Shown: positions 30,070-39,443, counted from the stretch's first letter. The stretch is DNA of 64,000 nucleotides from Ignavibacteria bacterium UBA7675 (GCA_002483085.1 DLHF01000072.1:28310-92309); one strand, 5' to 3'. Notes: a model not told the origin generated them from the letters alone. Numbers and translations are program-made.

Positions 30070-32024
30070 GATCAGTTCTTCTATATACCATCTGTGCTTG
30101 CACGCTGCTGCTGTATGGCTGTAATACATCGTCTTTAGTGCGGATCAATTATCCTCCTACTTCTACCCTTGCGCTTCAGGCATTGCATGTGGATGTGGCA
30201 TCCTACGAAAAACGCTTTAGCGCCGACCACCATCCATCTGTCTTTCTGGTGTGGGAGCAGGATCAGGAGATAGGAAAGCAAGCCTCGCGCTACTATGTGC
30301 ATACAACACATCGGCAACAGTATCTTGTGCTCGATCCGTCCAATGAGTGGTTGTCGCAGTTCAGACCTAACCTCGAAAAGAACGAAACGCTTGATAAAGC
30401 AGTGATTTCCATACGCTACCCTGATGGCACAGTACAGCAGTTTACAGAAAAAGATATGCGCGTAGAGAAGGGATCGGAGTACACATCGTATAAGCTCGCT
30501 TATCCAAACGTATCGCGCGGAACTGTGATTGAAGAATGGTACACAACTATACTCTGGCATAAATACGGCTACCTTCCCGACAACCACGAGAAAAAACTAC
30601 AATTTTCCGTCCCCGCCGATACAGTGAGATATCGCTTTATATCGCCAGACGGCTCAACTGTCCAGGTCAGGCAAATGACCGCCAATGAACGGGTTCCATA
30701 TACAGTGCACATTGATGATACGGCATGGGTAAATGTTCTCACCTATGAGAAAGCTCACGTCCCTGCTACCCACAATGAACCGTACTCGCCATATGACAAT
30801 GAGTACCGCGATGGCCTTGATTTCCGACTGAGCTCAATCGCCAGTGGCTTTTCTAATCAAGGCATTCAATCTTGGGAACAATTTGCAGATGGGTATAAGG
30901 TATTGCTTACATCATCGGCATTTAATCTCAATGATGCGGAAGACATCGTAGACAGCCTTACAGCATCGTGCAAGACCGATGAAGAGAAGCTCAGAGCTAT
31001 CGTTGCCCATGTCCAGCGGGAATACCAAAGCGACAACGATGCCGTCTATTGGGCGATCAATGGGCAGATGCTTGGGAATAATACAGAAATCACCTGTTTT
31101 ACAATATGGTTGTTGCGGCTTGCGGATATAGAAGCCGAGCTCGTGTTTATTCAACCAGAACAGGAAGGATATTTCGACCCGACGTTTTATTCTGGATATC
31201 AGTTCTACTCCCCTGCATTATATGCTGATATCGGCGGTAAACCCTTCTTTGCACTCCCCTACTGGAAACATGTGGCCGTAGGATTGTTGCCCGACAATCT
31301 GCAAAACAGACCCGCACTCCGCATTACGGAGTCGGGATTCAACGGATTCCGGCAAACGCCCCAGAGCGACAGCGCGATAAATACTACCGACGAGCGATTT
31401 GTCGTTACCATCGGCACAGACGGCAAGGCAATCGTGGAGGAAGAACGCCGTCTTCGCGGCTTCGATGCACAGGAACTGCGCGACCAGCTCTATGAGCTCA
31501 ACCCGGAAGAATGCACCAAAGAACTGCGCGACATGGCGACATACATCGATGGCAACACCCGCTTTCTCTCGCAGGAAGTCGCCTATCTCAATGAAGCCGA
31601 CAGTGTACTTGTTATCAAACTGCGCTATGAAGTGGATAATCTGGTCGCTATGGCCAACAATACAGCGATACTGCAAACAGCGGGCTTGCTCGCCCCACAG
31701 TCGCTTACCACCGCTCCGGCTGTCCCCAAACGGCACAATCCCGTAAAGGTACGGGTGCCTTGGACAAAGAACCTCGATATTACAATCCGCTATCCACAGC
31801 AATGGAACTTGCGCTCTGTTCCCAACAACTACAACGTGGCTAACCGCTTCGGCGTGTCGTCGGGCAGCTTTCAATCTGCACCCGGCGTCCTGACTGCCAC
31901 ACTACGGCAGGAAGTGCACAGGGCAGACGGGAAAGCAGAGGAATACCGTGCCCTACTTGATATCATCGGCGACCAGGCAAAGCCCGCAGTGCCGCCGCTC
32001 GTGTTCTCCGCGCAGGGATTGTAA
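30066..32024 (+). CDS. Lipoprotein, degenerate transglutaminase-fold paralog, module 2
   Basis: The GTG start forms a GTGA overlap with the upstream stop, mirroring the ATGA in module 1. Lipobox LLYGC. It shares YKLAYPNVSRGTVIEE with module 1 (WKLAYPNISKGTIIEE). Confidence 0.7.
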   Translation: MRSVLLYTICACTLLLYGCNTSSLVRINYPPTSTLALQALHVDVASYEKRFSADHHPSVFLVWEQDQEIGKQASRYYVHTTHRQQYLVLDPSNEWLSQFRPNLEKNETLDKAVISIRYPDGTVQQFTEKDMRVEKGSEYTSYKLAYPNVSRGTVIEEWYTTILWHKYGYLPDNHEKKLQFSVPADTVRYRFISPDGSTVQVRQMTANERVPYTVHIDDTAWVNVLTYEKAHVPATHNEPYSPYDNEYRDGLDFRLSSIASGFSNQGIQSWEQFADGYKVLLTSSAFNLNDAEDIVDSLTASCKTDEEKLRAIVAHVQREYQSDNDAVYWAINGQMLGNNTEITCFTIWLLRLADIEAELVFIQPEQEGYFDPTFYSGYQFYSPALYADIGGKPFFALPYWKHVAVGLLPDNLQNRPALRITESGFNGFRQTPQSDSAINTTDERFVVTIGTDGKAIVEEERRLRGFDAQELRDQLYELNPEECTKELRDMATYIDGNTRFLSQEVAYLNEADSVLVIKLRYEVDNLVAMANNTAILQTAGLLAPQSLTTAPAVPKRHNPVKVRVPWTKNLDITIRYPQQWNLRSVPNNYNVANRFGVSSGSFQSAPGVLTATLRQEVHRADGKAEEYRALLDIIGDQAKPAVPPLVFSAQGL

Positions 32025-32032
32025 CTGTTCAC

Positions 32033-32069
32033 AAAAAAGCCGGAACACGCTCTGCGTACTCCGGCTTTT
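32033..32069. terminator. Bidirectional intrinsic terminator
   Basis: A-run, agccgga (32038-32044) / tccggct (32060-32066), then a T-run, between convergent genes. Confidence 0.7.
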
Positions 32070-32095
32070 CGATAATGCCACATGTGTGCCTGCAA

Positions 32096-33760
32096 TTACA
32101 CCTGCATTACGCCCTGTTTCCACTCCGGAATGTCGTCGTTGTGCGAAGCGCAGGCAAGAGCCCGAGAGATCACATTGCGCGTAGTTACTGGCGAGATAAT
32201 ACCATCCACCCACAGGCGAGCAGCAGCATACTGCGGCGTTGTCTGTGCTTCGTAGCGGTCTTGTATTTCTTTGAGCATAGCATTGCTATCTTCCTCACTT
32301 ATACTTTTGCCTTCGCGCTCCAAGGATGCCGTGCGAATAGTGAGCAGTGTCTTCGACGCTTGCGCTCCTCCCATCACCGCAATTTTTGCCGATGGCCATG
32401 CGTAAATGAACCTCGGGTCGTAGGCTTTTCCGCACATGGCGTAGTTGCCCGCGCCATAACTATTGCCAATAACAATAGTAATCTTGGGCACGACAGAATT
32501 TGCAACGGCGTTCACCATTTTTGCGCCGTCTTTGATAATACCGCCCTGCTCGGCACGCGTGCCTACCATGAACCCCGTTACATCCTGCAAAAACACCAAG
32601 GGTATAAGCCGCTGGTTGCAGTTCATGATAAACCGAGCAGCCTTGTCGGCACTGTCGCTGTAGATCACCCCACCTACCTGTATTTCGCCCTTTGCCGATT
32701 TGACCACCGCTCGATTGTTGGCTACAATGCCAACAGCCCATCCGTCGATGCGCGCATAACCGCACACAATGGTTTTGCCGTAGTCGGGCTTGTATTCGTC
32801 GAACTCCGAACCGTCGATAAGGCGGGCGATGAGCTCGTAGGTGTCATAAGGTCGCGTCCGGTCGGCTGGTAGAATTCCCCAGAGCTCTTCAGTATCAAAA
32901 GCAGGTGCCTGCGGCTCTATACGCGAAAAAATGTTTTTGCGGCCTTTAAGTGGCGAGAGCTTGTCAATGAGCGAGCGGATGGCATCTAAGCACTCTGCGT
33001 CGCTGTCGAACTTGCGGTCCACAACTCCGCTGATGCTCGAATGCATCGTAGCACCGCCAAGTGGCTCTATGCCTGTCTTTTCGCCAATAGCAGCTTCTAC
33101 TAATGCAGGGCCGGCAAGAAAGAGGCTCCCGGTTCCGTCTACGATCAGCGCTTCATCGCTCATAATAGGCAGGTATGCTCCACCGGCTACACATGGCCCC
33201 ATGATAGCGGCAATCTGCGGCACGCCCATAGCCGAAAGCTTTGCATTGTTGCGAAACTGGCGCCCAAAGTGCTCCTTGTCCGGGAAAATTTCGTCCTGCA
33301 TGGGCAAGAACACACCGGCGGAGTCAACGAGATAAATGATCGGCAACTTGTTTTCAATAGCGATTTCCTGTGCACGCATGTTTTTCTTGCAGGTCATCGG
33401 AAACCATGCACCAGCTTTTACAGTAGCGTCGTTGGCTACGATCACACACTCACGACCGTGAATCATGCCAATGCCCACGACTACGCCTGCCGACGGAGCA
33501 CCGCCATACTCTTGGTACATCCCTTCGGCGGCGAACAGCCCCACTTCCAGAAAATGGGATTCTGCATCCACAAGATGCACAATGCGTTCGCGGGCTGTAA
33601 GCTTGCCCTTGGCCTTGTGCTTTTCAATTGCGGATTTCCCTCCGCCCTTTTTAATAGCATCACCACGAGCATCCACACGGCGCCATACATCTTTGTTGGC
33701 GTCGGCGTTGATATTGAACTGAAGCGCCTGCTCAATGGCAGAACCGATTATTCTCGACAT
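32096..33760 (-). CDS. Acyl-CoA carboxylase carboxyltransferase (beta) subunit, methylcrotonyl-/propionyl-CoA carboxylase type
   Basis: 554 aa with the two-domain carboxyl-transferase pattern: KGKLTARERI, VANDATVKAGAW, and GPCVAGGAYLP in the oxyanion region. Confidence 0.9.
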   Translation of the reverse strand: MSRIIGSAIEQALQFNINADANKDVWRRVDARGDAIKKGGGKSAIEKHKAKGKLTARERIVHLVDAESHFLEVGLFAAEGMYQEYGGAPSAGVVVGIGMIHGRECVIVANDATVKAGAWFPMTCKKNMRAQEIAIENKLPIIYLVDSAGVFLPMQDEIFPDKEHFGRQFRNNAKLSAMGVPQIAAIMGPCVAGGAYLPIMSDEALIVDGTGSLFLAGPALVEAAIGEKTGIEPLGGATMHSSISGVVDRKFDSDAECLDAIRSLIDKLSPLKGRKNIFSRIEPQAPAFDTEELWGILPADRTRPYDTYELIARLIDGSEFDEYKPDYGKTIVCGYARIDGWAVGIVANNRAVVKSAKGEIQVGGVIYSDSADKAARFIMNCNQRLIPLVFLQDVTGFMVGTRAEQGGIIKDGAKMVNAVANSVVPKITIVIGNSYGAGNYAMCGKAYDPRFIYAWPSAKIAVMGGAQASKTLLTIRTASLEREGKSISEEDSNAMLKEIQDRYEAQTTPQYAAARLWVDGIISPVTTRNVISRALACASHNDDIPEWKQGVMQV

Positions 33761-33918
33761 AGCACAACAATTGGTAAGAGGAACTGCATCAAAGCATTAA
33801 AGGTACGGAATTTTTCTGAAACTGTGGGAAGGAAATACGCGCAGTTTCGGCGCTTTTTGCAACCCAGCGGGTTTTAAGAGCATACCCCATGCACTCTATG
33901 AAAAATTCTCTTGCAAAG

Positions 33919-33957
33919 TTTAAATAACATGTGTTATATTTACAGCGTTATATAACG
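33919..33957. promoter_or_regulatory. Two palindromes in the divergent promoter region; candidate TetR operator
   Basis: ATAACATGTGTTAT (33924-33937) and CGTTATATAACG (33946-33957). A related half-site motif recurs at 34798-34815. Confidence 0.4.
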
Positions 33958-34029
33958 TACTCGTTTTTAAAATAAGACCGTTAGCGGTAGGTAGTATGGA
34001 CATCGGTGTGTAGAGCTCAGCTACGGCAT

Positions 34030-34175
34030 GGGCGCTTCTGTCTCCGAACTCCCGTCTGGCCTCTGCACCGCGCTGCACAGCCGCCGCGTGTTGTTCTGCC
34101 CGCCGTCCGCGTATTGTTCTGCGTGGCAGAATGCAGCGTGCACAGCTCTGCCACGAACTTCTTTATCAGCGGAGA
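34030..34175 (+). repeat. Three-box intergenic repeat, copy 4 (leader block + box1; distal boxes degenerate)
   Basis: gggcgcttctgtctccg at 34030-34046, and ctctgcaccgcgctgcacagccgccgcgtg at 34061-34090. Confidence 0.65.
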
Positions 34176-34205
34176 TGGCAGCCCACTCCGGCAATTTATA
34201 TTGAT

Positions 34206-34781
34206 ATGCCTCCTACAGTCACATTTACTAAAGAACTTATCGTAAAGACAGCCTGCGATCTTGTAGAGGAACAGGGCTGGGAAATGCTCACGGCGCGCAA
34301 TGTGGCCGCCCGCTTGTCGTCGTCCACAGCTCCTATCTATAGCTGCTTTGCGTCTATCCAAGAGCTCCAGCAAACTGTCATCGACAGCGCGCGCGACGTG
34401 ATGATAAAGTGCACATACACAGCATACACAGAGCGCCCGTTTCTGAACCAGGGTACGGGAATTGTCGTATTCGCCCGCGAACACCGGGAATACTTCCGGC
34501 TTCTGTTTTTATCAGACAAAGCGCCAAAGCTCATTCCCGACCTCTACAGCCAGGTGCTGCACGATATGCAGCACGATGATCGCTTCAAGGGCTTTACCGA
34601 CGAAGAATGTGCAACGATCTTCAACAAACTCTGGATGCTAGCTATCGGCATGGCTACCCTCGCATTCAACCGCCAACTGCCTGATAACTCTACAGAATAC
34701 ATCATCAGTATATTTCTGGAAACCGGTTCGCTGATTATTCCCGACGGCATCGCAAAAATTTACGCGCACCGCTCTATGTGA
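34206..34781 (+). CDS. TetR/AcrR-family transcriptional regulator
   Basis: N-terminal HTH: FTKELIVKTACDLVEEQGWEMLTARNVAARLSSSTAPIYSCF. Length is about 190 aa. The internal Met at 34206 was chosen. Confidence 0.8.
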   Translation: MPPTVTFTKELIVKTACDLVEEQGWEMLTARNVAARLSSSTAPIYSCFASIQELQQTVIDSARDVMIKCTYTAYTERPFLNQGTGIVVFAREHREYFRLLFLSDKAPKLIPDLYSQVLHDMQHDDRFKGFTDEECATIFNKLWMLAIGMATLAFNRQLPDNSTEYIISIFLETGSLIIPDGIAKIYAHRSM

Positions 34782-34797
34782 AAATTTTTTTACCCTA

Positions 34798-34815
34798 TTA
34801 AATAACGTCTGTTAC
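34798..34815. promoter_or_regulatory. Operator-like motif upstream of the hydrolase gene
   Basis: TTAAATAACGTCTGTTAC here against TTAAATAACATGTGTTAT at 33920-33937 (15 of 18 identical). Confidence 0.4.
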
Positions 34816-34855
34816 ACAACAGTGGTTTTATAAAAACAATATTCATAAGTGAACT

Positions 34856-35878
34856 ATGGCAACGTTATCTCAACGCGTGTTGATGTACCTGTTCTTTGCA
34901 GCAACACTGGCAAGCCTCGCCTCCTGCAATAGCAACGCGCTCGACGTCGGCGAACCGGGCAACCTCGTTCCGCACACCGTCGATGAAAACCCCGATCTCC
35001 CCACGCTATCGCTGAATGGCTCACAGTTCCACATCGAGACATTTGGAACGCCCGGCAAGCCGGTGATCGTCTTTCTGCACGGCGGCCCAGGTGGCGACTA
35101 CCGCAGCCTTCTGCGCCTACAAGACATGTACAATGGCCACAGCCTTGCCGATAATTATTTCCTTGTGTTTTGGGATCAGCGTGGCGCTGGCCTCTCGCGC
35201 AGGCATGCAAAAAGCGACGTCTCTATCGACATCTACAAAGAAGACCTGCGCCAGATTGTCGAGCACTTTTCGCCCAGCGCGCCAGTCGTGCTCATCGGGC
35301 ATTCGTGGGGAGGAATGTACGCCACGGCTTTTATCAATGAATACCCGGCTATGGTGCGGGGCGCCGTTCTGCTCGAATCCGGCCCGCTTACCGGGGCACT
35401 ATACGAAGAAATTAAGACTCGCCTCATCTCGCTCGACTTCTTCTCGGAATGGCTGAATGATTTTGCGTGGAGCCAGCAGTTTATCTCCGCCGACGACCAT
35501 GCCCGATGGGACTTCCAGCGCCTGCTCGGTATGAAGCAATCGCAGCCGGAATACTACCAAGACATGAACACCGATCCGGCTCCCTTCTGGCGATTAGGCG
35601 CAGCAGCGAACCAATATATTCTGGAAGATGGCATGGACGACAAGAGCCTGATGACCTACAACTTCGCAGATAAACACCTGCCGGACTTTACGACAGAAGT
35701 GCTATTCGTAGCAAGCGGCAACAACACAGTGATTGGCCGGGAATTTCAGGAACGGCAGCGGCACTTATACCCACAATCGAGATTAGAGGTTATTCCCGGC
35801 TGTGGGCACGACCTCCAGTGGAAAAAGCCAGCCGAATGTGTAGTTGCTATTAGAACATATCTCAACACTCTTCCCTAA
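34856..35878 (+). CDS. Alpha/beta hydrolase lipoprotein, proline-iminopeptidase-like (S33)
   Basis: Lipobox LASC, an HGGPGG motif and a GHSWGG nucleophile elbow. Confidence 0.8.
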   Translation: MATLSQRVLMYLFFAATLASLASCNSNALDVGEPGNLVPHTVDENPDLPTLSLNGSQFHIETFGTPGKPVIVFLHGGPGGDYRSLLRLQDMYNGHSLADNYFLVFWDQRGAGLSRRHAKSDVSIDIYKEDLRQIVEHFSPSAPVVLIGHSWGGMYATAFINEYPAMVRGAVLLESGPLTGALYEEIKTRLISLDFFSEWLNDFAWSQQFISADDHARWDFQRLLGMKQSQPEYYQDMNTDPAPFWRLGAAANQYILEDGMDDKSLMTYNFADKHLPDFTTEVLFVASGNNTVIGREFQERQRHLYPQSRLEVIPGCGHDLQWKKPAECVVAIRTYLNTLP

Positions 35879-35909
35879 TTTTTTCTTCTTACAGCAGTAG
35901 GAAACACTC

Positions 35910-36584
35910 ATGCACATATACAGACTTTTCATCCTCGTCCCCGCGCTGATACTGGCGTTTTCTGAGCTCTTTGCACAGCCCATCAATATCTCGTCGGTAA
36001 CAGCACACGAACAGCGCATCTACGCCCAGTTTGGGCTCGACGACGCGTTCACAGCCACGCTTGGCTACTTGTATGCCCTGCCTATCGGTTCGCAGGAACA
36101 GCCGCTTATCCTTTCCACCGAGCTTGCGCTTCCCGTCGCCGAGTTCGACCTCCGCGACTACCGCACAGCCATCAGCGCCAGGTACACGGCGCTGCGGCAC
36201 GACAACATCGCGGCTACAGCGGGCGTGGGTATTGTAGCACGCGGCACAGACAACGATATTTTCAGCGCCTTTAACATCGGCGCACGCGCCGAGATGGAGC
36301 TCGGCTACTACGCCGATGGCTGGTTTGCGGGCACAAGTGTACAATACGACAAAACATTAGCCAGCCACATCACCAACAGCGACTGGTACCGCACCTACTT
36401 TTTCCAAGAAGCAAAGGACGGCTGGTACGGCTCCACAGGCGGGAATTTCACCTACAGCCTGCTCGGCGGCTTCGCCGTTGACCGCTCGGAACTTACGCTT
36501 CAGGCGGGTTTCAGCACGACCGAGCACTTCCACCTGCCGTTGTTGTCCTGGCACGGCACACTTGGCTACAGCTATCGCATATAG
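35910..36584 (+). CDS. Putative outer-membrane beta-barrel protein
   Basis: Has a signal peptide (…FSELFAQ), alternating beta-strand patterns and an aromatic-rich C-terminal strand (GTLGYSYRI). Confidence 0.5.
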   Translation: MHIYRLFILVPALILAFSELFAQPINISSVTAHEQRIYAQFGLDDAFTATLGYLYALPIGSQEQPLILSTELALPVAEFDLRDYRTAISARYTALRHDNIAATAGVGIVARGTDNDIFSAFNIGARAEMELGYYADGWFAGTSVQYDKTLASHITNSDWYRTYFFQEAKDGWYGSTGGNFTYSLLGGFAVDRSELTLQAGFSTTEHFHLPLLSWHGTLGYSYRI

Positions 36585-36639
36585 AAGCTGGCACCAGAGA
36601 AGCTATCAAGTACCGCCACAGGAGGAAAGCGGATCGATC

Positions 36640-36852
36640 TCCTGTGGCACACGCCCGGCATTGCGCGGCGCAGTTCTCTATACAATTCACTCTGCACCGA
36701 GGGCTTGGCCTCCGCACCGCGCTGCACAACTGATGCGTGTTTACCAGCCTTCAGCGCCCGGCATTGCGCGGGTACAGTGCGAACAGCACACCGGCGGATG
36801 TGCGACCGGTGATAGCAGCTATCAGCACGAACTCCACGCCCGTGCCACAACA
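36640..36852 (+). repeat. Three-box intergenic repeat, copy 5 (composite, with an inverted box3 at its 5' end)
   Basis: tgtggcacacgccc at 36643-36656 (inverted box3), box1 ctccgcaccgcgctgcacaactgatgcgtg at 36710-36739, box2 tgcgaccggtgatagca at 36801-36817, and box3 cgcccgtgccaca at 36837-36849. gcccggcattgcgcgg occurs twice (36654-36669 and 36758-36773). Confidence 0.8.
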
Positions 36853-36967
36853 TCGCCCCGCGCACTCTGCCAACGCCTGCAGCACCTTCGGTAGCCAAAG
36901 CACACAACAGAATAGCGCACCCCGCCGAGTTCCCGCCAATGGGTTCGGTTTTTCCAATTCTTTTGAG

Positions 36968-36975
36968 TAATTTTG
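36968..36975 (+). promoter_or_regulatory. Bacteroidota-type -7 promoter element (TAnnTTTG)
   Basis: TAATTTTG lies 37 nt upstream of the E1 ORF start. This is consistent with transcription covering the long N-terminal extension. Confidence 0.4.
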
Positions 36976-37011
36976 CAGACTTGAATTCTAAAAACGAGTG
37001 ATTTCCTATAT

Positions 37012-39423
37012 ATGGAGCTTGTCATGGCAAAAACGGCGACGAAGTCGAAAAAAACAACCGAAAAAGTGGAAGTCAAACCCAAGACAAAAGGCAAGGCAGC
37101 GCAGCCTGCGGCAAGCGTTGCAGAGGTAGCAAAACCAGCAGCACCGAAGCGCGCAGCAGCGAAAAAAACCGCATCTGCGGACGAGCCGAAAAAAGCGGCA
37201 CCTACCTCCAATGGCAAAACAGCAGCAGCAAAATCTTCCGGCAATAAAGCTGCTGGCAGCAAAGCACCGCGCAAAGCCAGTGCAAAGAGCCAAACAGTGA
37301 TGGCCACTGGCAGCGGGGATGGCGCAATGGACATCAAAGAAGAAGTAGTGGTGAATACGGGCGGAGCGCAATCGCCTGAGCTTTTTGACCCTACAGGTTT
37401 CGACAAAGAAACGATCATCGACTGGTATCGCACGCTGCACCTCGGCAGGCTGCTCGACGAAAAAGCAGGTAAATACCTGAAAATGGCCAAAGGCTGGTCG
37501 TACCACGCCCCCTACGCCGGGCACGATGGCATCCAGCTCGCCATGGGCAAAACATTCCGCCCGAACAAAGATTTTCTCTTCCCTTACTACCGCGATATGC
37601 TCACCTGCTTTGCAGGCGGCATTACTGTGGATGAGATCCTGATGAACGGCCTCAGCAAAGACGCCGACGTAGCCGGGGGCGGACGCCACATGAGCAACCA
37701 CTTCGCCAAACCTTCTATTGGCATCCAGAACGGCTCGTCCTGCACAGGCAACCACTCGCTGCACGCAGTGGGAACAGCACGCGCTATCAGCAAATACAAC
37801 GGCGACGAAGTAGCTATCTACTCTGGTGGCGAATCGGCCTGCTCCGAAGGTTACTTCTACGAAGCGATCAACGCAGCATCGCGCGAGCGCCTGCCCGTGA
37901 TCTTTGTGATCCAGAACAACCGTTTCGGTATCTCTGTCCCCGTAGAAGAGCAAACGGCTAATGTGCAAGTGTCCGACAACTTCACAGGATTTAAATACCT
38001 GAAAATTATCAACTGCGACGGGCGCAACCCGTTCGACTCCTACCGCGCTATGCAGGAAGCCCGCGATTATGTGCTCTCGGGTGAAGGTCCGGCAATGGTA
38101 CATGCAGACTGCGACCGCCTCGGTTCGCATTCCAACTCCGACAACCAGGAGCTGTACCGCGATAAAGAGGAAATCGACGCAATGAAAGTGCGCGACCCGC
38201 TGGTGCGCTACCGTGCGATGGTGCTGAAGCACAACTTCCTAACAGAAGACGAGCTGAAGGCAATTGAAGACGAAAACAAACGCACGCTCAACGACGCAGC
38301 CGACAGAGTGGAGCCGATGGCCGATCCCGCTCCGGAATCCTACAAAGACTTCCTCCTGCCCGATTCGATTGTGGGCTACAACGATACATCGGAACAAGGC
38401 TACACGAACAATCCCAACGAGCAGCAGCTTACATTGCGCGAAGGTATCAATACCACGCTTATCGAAGAGTTCCGCCGCAATCCCAACACGTTCCTGTGGG
38501 GCCAAGACGTAGCATCAAAGAAAAAGCAGGGTATTTTTAACGTCTGTAAAGGTCTGCTCGACGAGTTTGGCAACGACCGTGTATTTAATGCACCTATTGC
38601 CGAAGATTCTATCGTAGGTACAGCCAACGGCTTCAGCCGCTACCGCGAAGACATCCGCGTTGTAGTAGAGGGCGCAGAATTTGCCGACTACTTCTGGCCT
38701 GCAATGGAGCAGCTTATTGAATGCTCGCACGACTACTGGCGCACTCGTGGGCAGTTCTCGCCGAACATTGTTATTCGCCTTGCCAGCGGTGGCTACATTC
38801 AGGGCGGCTTGTACCACTCGCAGAACCTCGATGCAGTGTTTTCGCATTTGCCCGGTATTCGCGTGGTATGCCCTGCCTTTGCCGACGATGCTGTGGGGCT
38901 GATGCGTAATGCCATGCGCTCCAAAGGCGTTACCATGTATTTGGAACCCAAATTCCTGTACAACTACCGCCCTACCTCTGCATCTAAACCAAGCGATGAC
39001 TTTATCGTTCCGTTTGGCAAAGCAAAAGTGCGCCGCGAAGGCAGCGACCTCACACTCATCTCCTACGGCAATGCTCTGCACGTGTCGATCCGAGCACTCG
39101 AACAGCTCGAAAAAGAAGGTGCCAACGTATCGGTAGAGCTCATCGACTTGCGTTCGCTTGCTCCGTGGGACAGGCAGACCGTGTTTGAGTCGGTAAAGAA
39201 AACCAATCGCGCAATCGTCGTGCACGAGCACTACCGCAATGTAGGCTTTGGCGGCGAGGTAGCATCGGAAATCGGCGAAGAGCTGTTCAGCTATTTGGAT
39301 GCACCTGTGATGCGCGTGGCATCGAAAGATGTACCTGTTGGCTTCGCAAAATCCCTTGAAAGCGCTGTCCTGCTACAGCCGCAAGATGTCGTGGATGCGA
39401 TCCGCCGCACGATGAAATACTGA
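37012..39423 (+). CDS. Fused 2-oxoacid dehydrogenase E1 component (alpha + beta) with an about 95 aa Lys/Ala/Pro-rich N-terminal extension
   Basis: TPP-binding alpha part (GGESACSEGYFYEAINAA...VIQNNRFGIS), a transketolase-like beta part and a C-terminal domain. The N-terminus reads AKTATKSKKTTEKVEVKPKTKGKAAQPAASVAEVAKPAAPKRAAAKK... Confidence 0.85.
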   Translation: MELVMAKTATKSKKTTEKVEVKPKTKGKAAQPAASVAEVAKPAAPKRAAAKKTASADEPKKAAPTSNGKTAAAKSSGNKAAGSKAPRKASAKSQTVMATGSGDGAMDIKEEVVVNTGGAQSPELFDPTGFDKETIIDWYRTLHLGRLLDEKAGKYLKMAKGWSYHAPYAGHDGIQLAMGKTFRPNKDFLFPYYRDMLTCFAGGITVDEILMNGLSKDADVAGGGRHMSNHFAKPSIGIQNGSSCTGNHSLHAVGTARAISKYNGDEVAIYSGGESACSEGYFYEAINAASRERLPVIFVIQNNRFGISVPVEEQTANVQVSDNFTGFKYLKIINCDGRNPFDSYRAMQEARDYVLSGEGPAMVHADCDRLGSHSNSDNQELYRDKEEIDAMKVRDPLVRYRAMVLKHNFLTEDELKAIEDENKRTLNDAADRVEPMADPAPESYKDFLLPDSIVGYNDTSEQGYTNNPNEQQLTLREGINTTLIEEFRRNPNTFLWGQDVASKKKQGIFNVCKGLLDEFGNDRVFNAPIAEDSIVGTANGFSRYREDIRVVVEGAEFADYFWPAMEQLIECSHDYWRTRGQFSPNIVIRLASGGYIQGGLYHSQNLDAVFSHLPGIRVVCPAFADDAVGLMRNAMRSKGVTMYLEPKFLYNYRPTSASKPSDDFIVPFGKAKVRREGSDLTLISYGNALHVSIRALEQLEKEGANVSVELIDLRSLAPWDRQTVFESVKKTNRAIVVHEHYRNVGFGGEVASEIGEELFSYLDAPVMRVASKDVPVGFAKSLESAVLLQPQDVVDAIRRTMKY

Positions 39424-39443
39424 TAATAACCCATATTCGGCAC

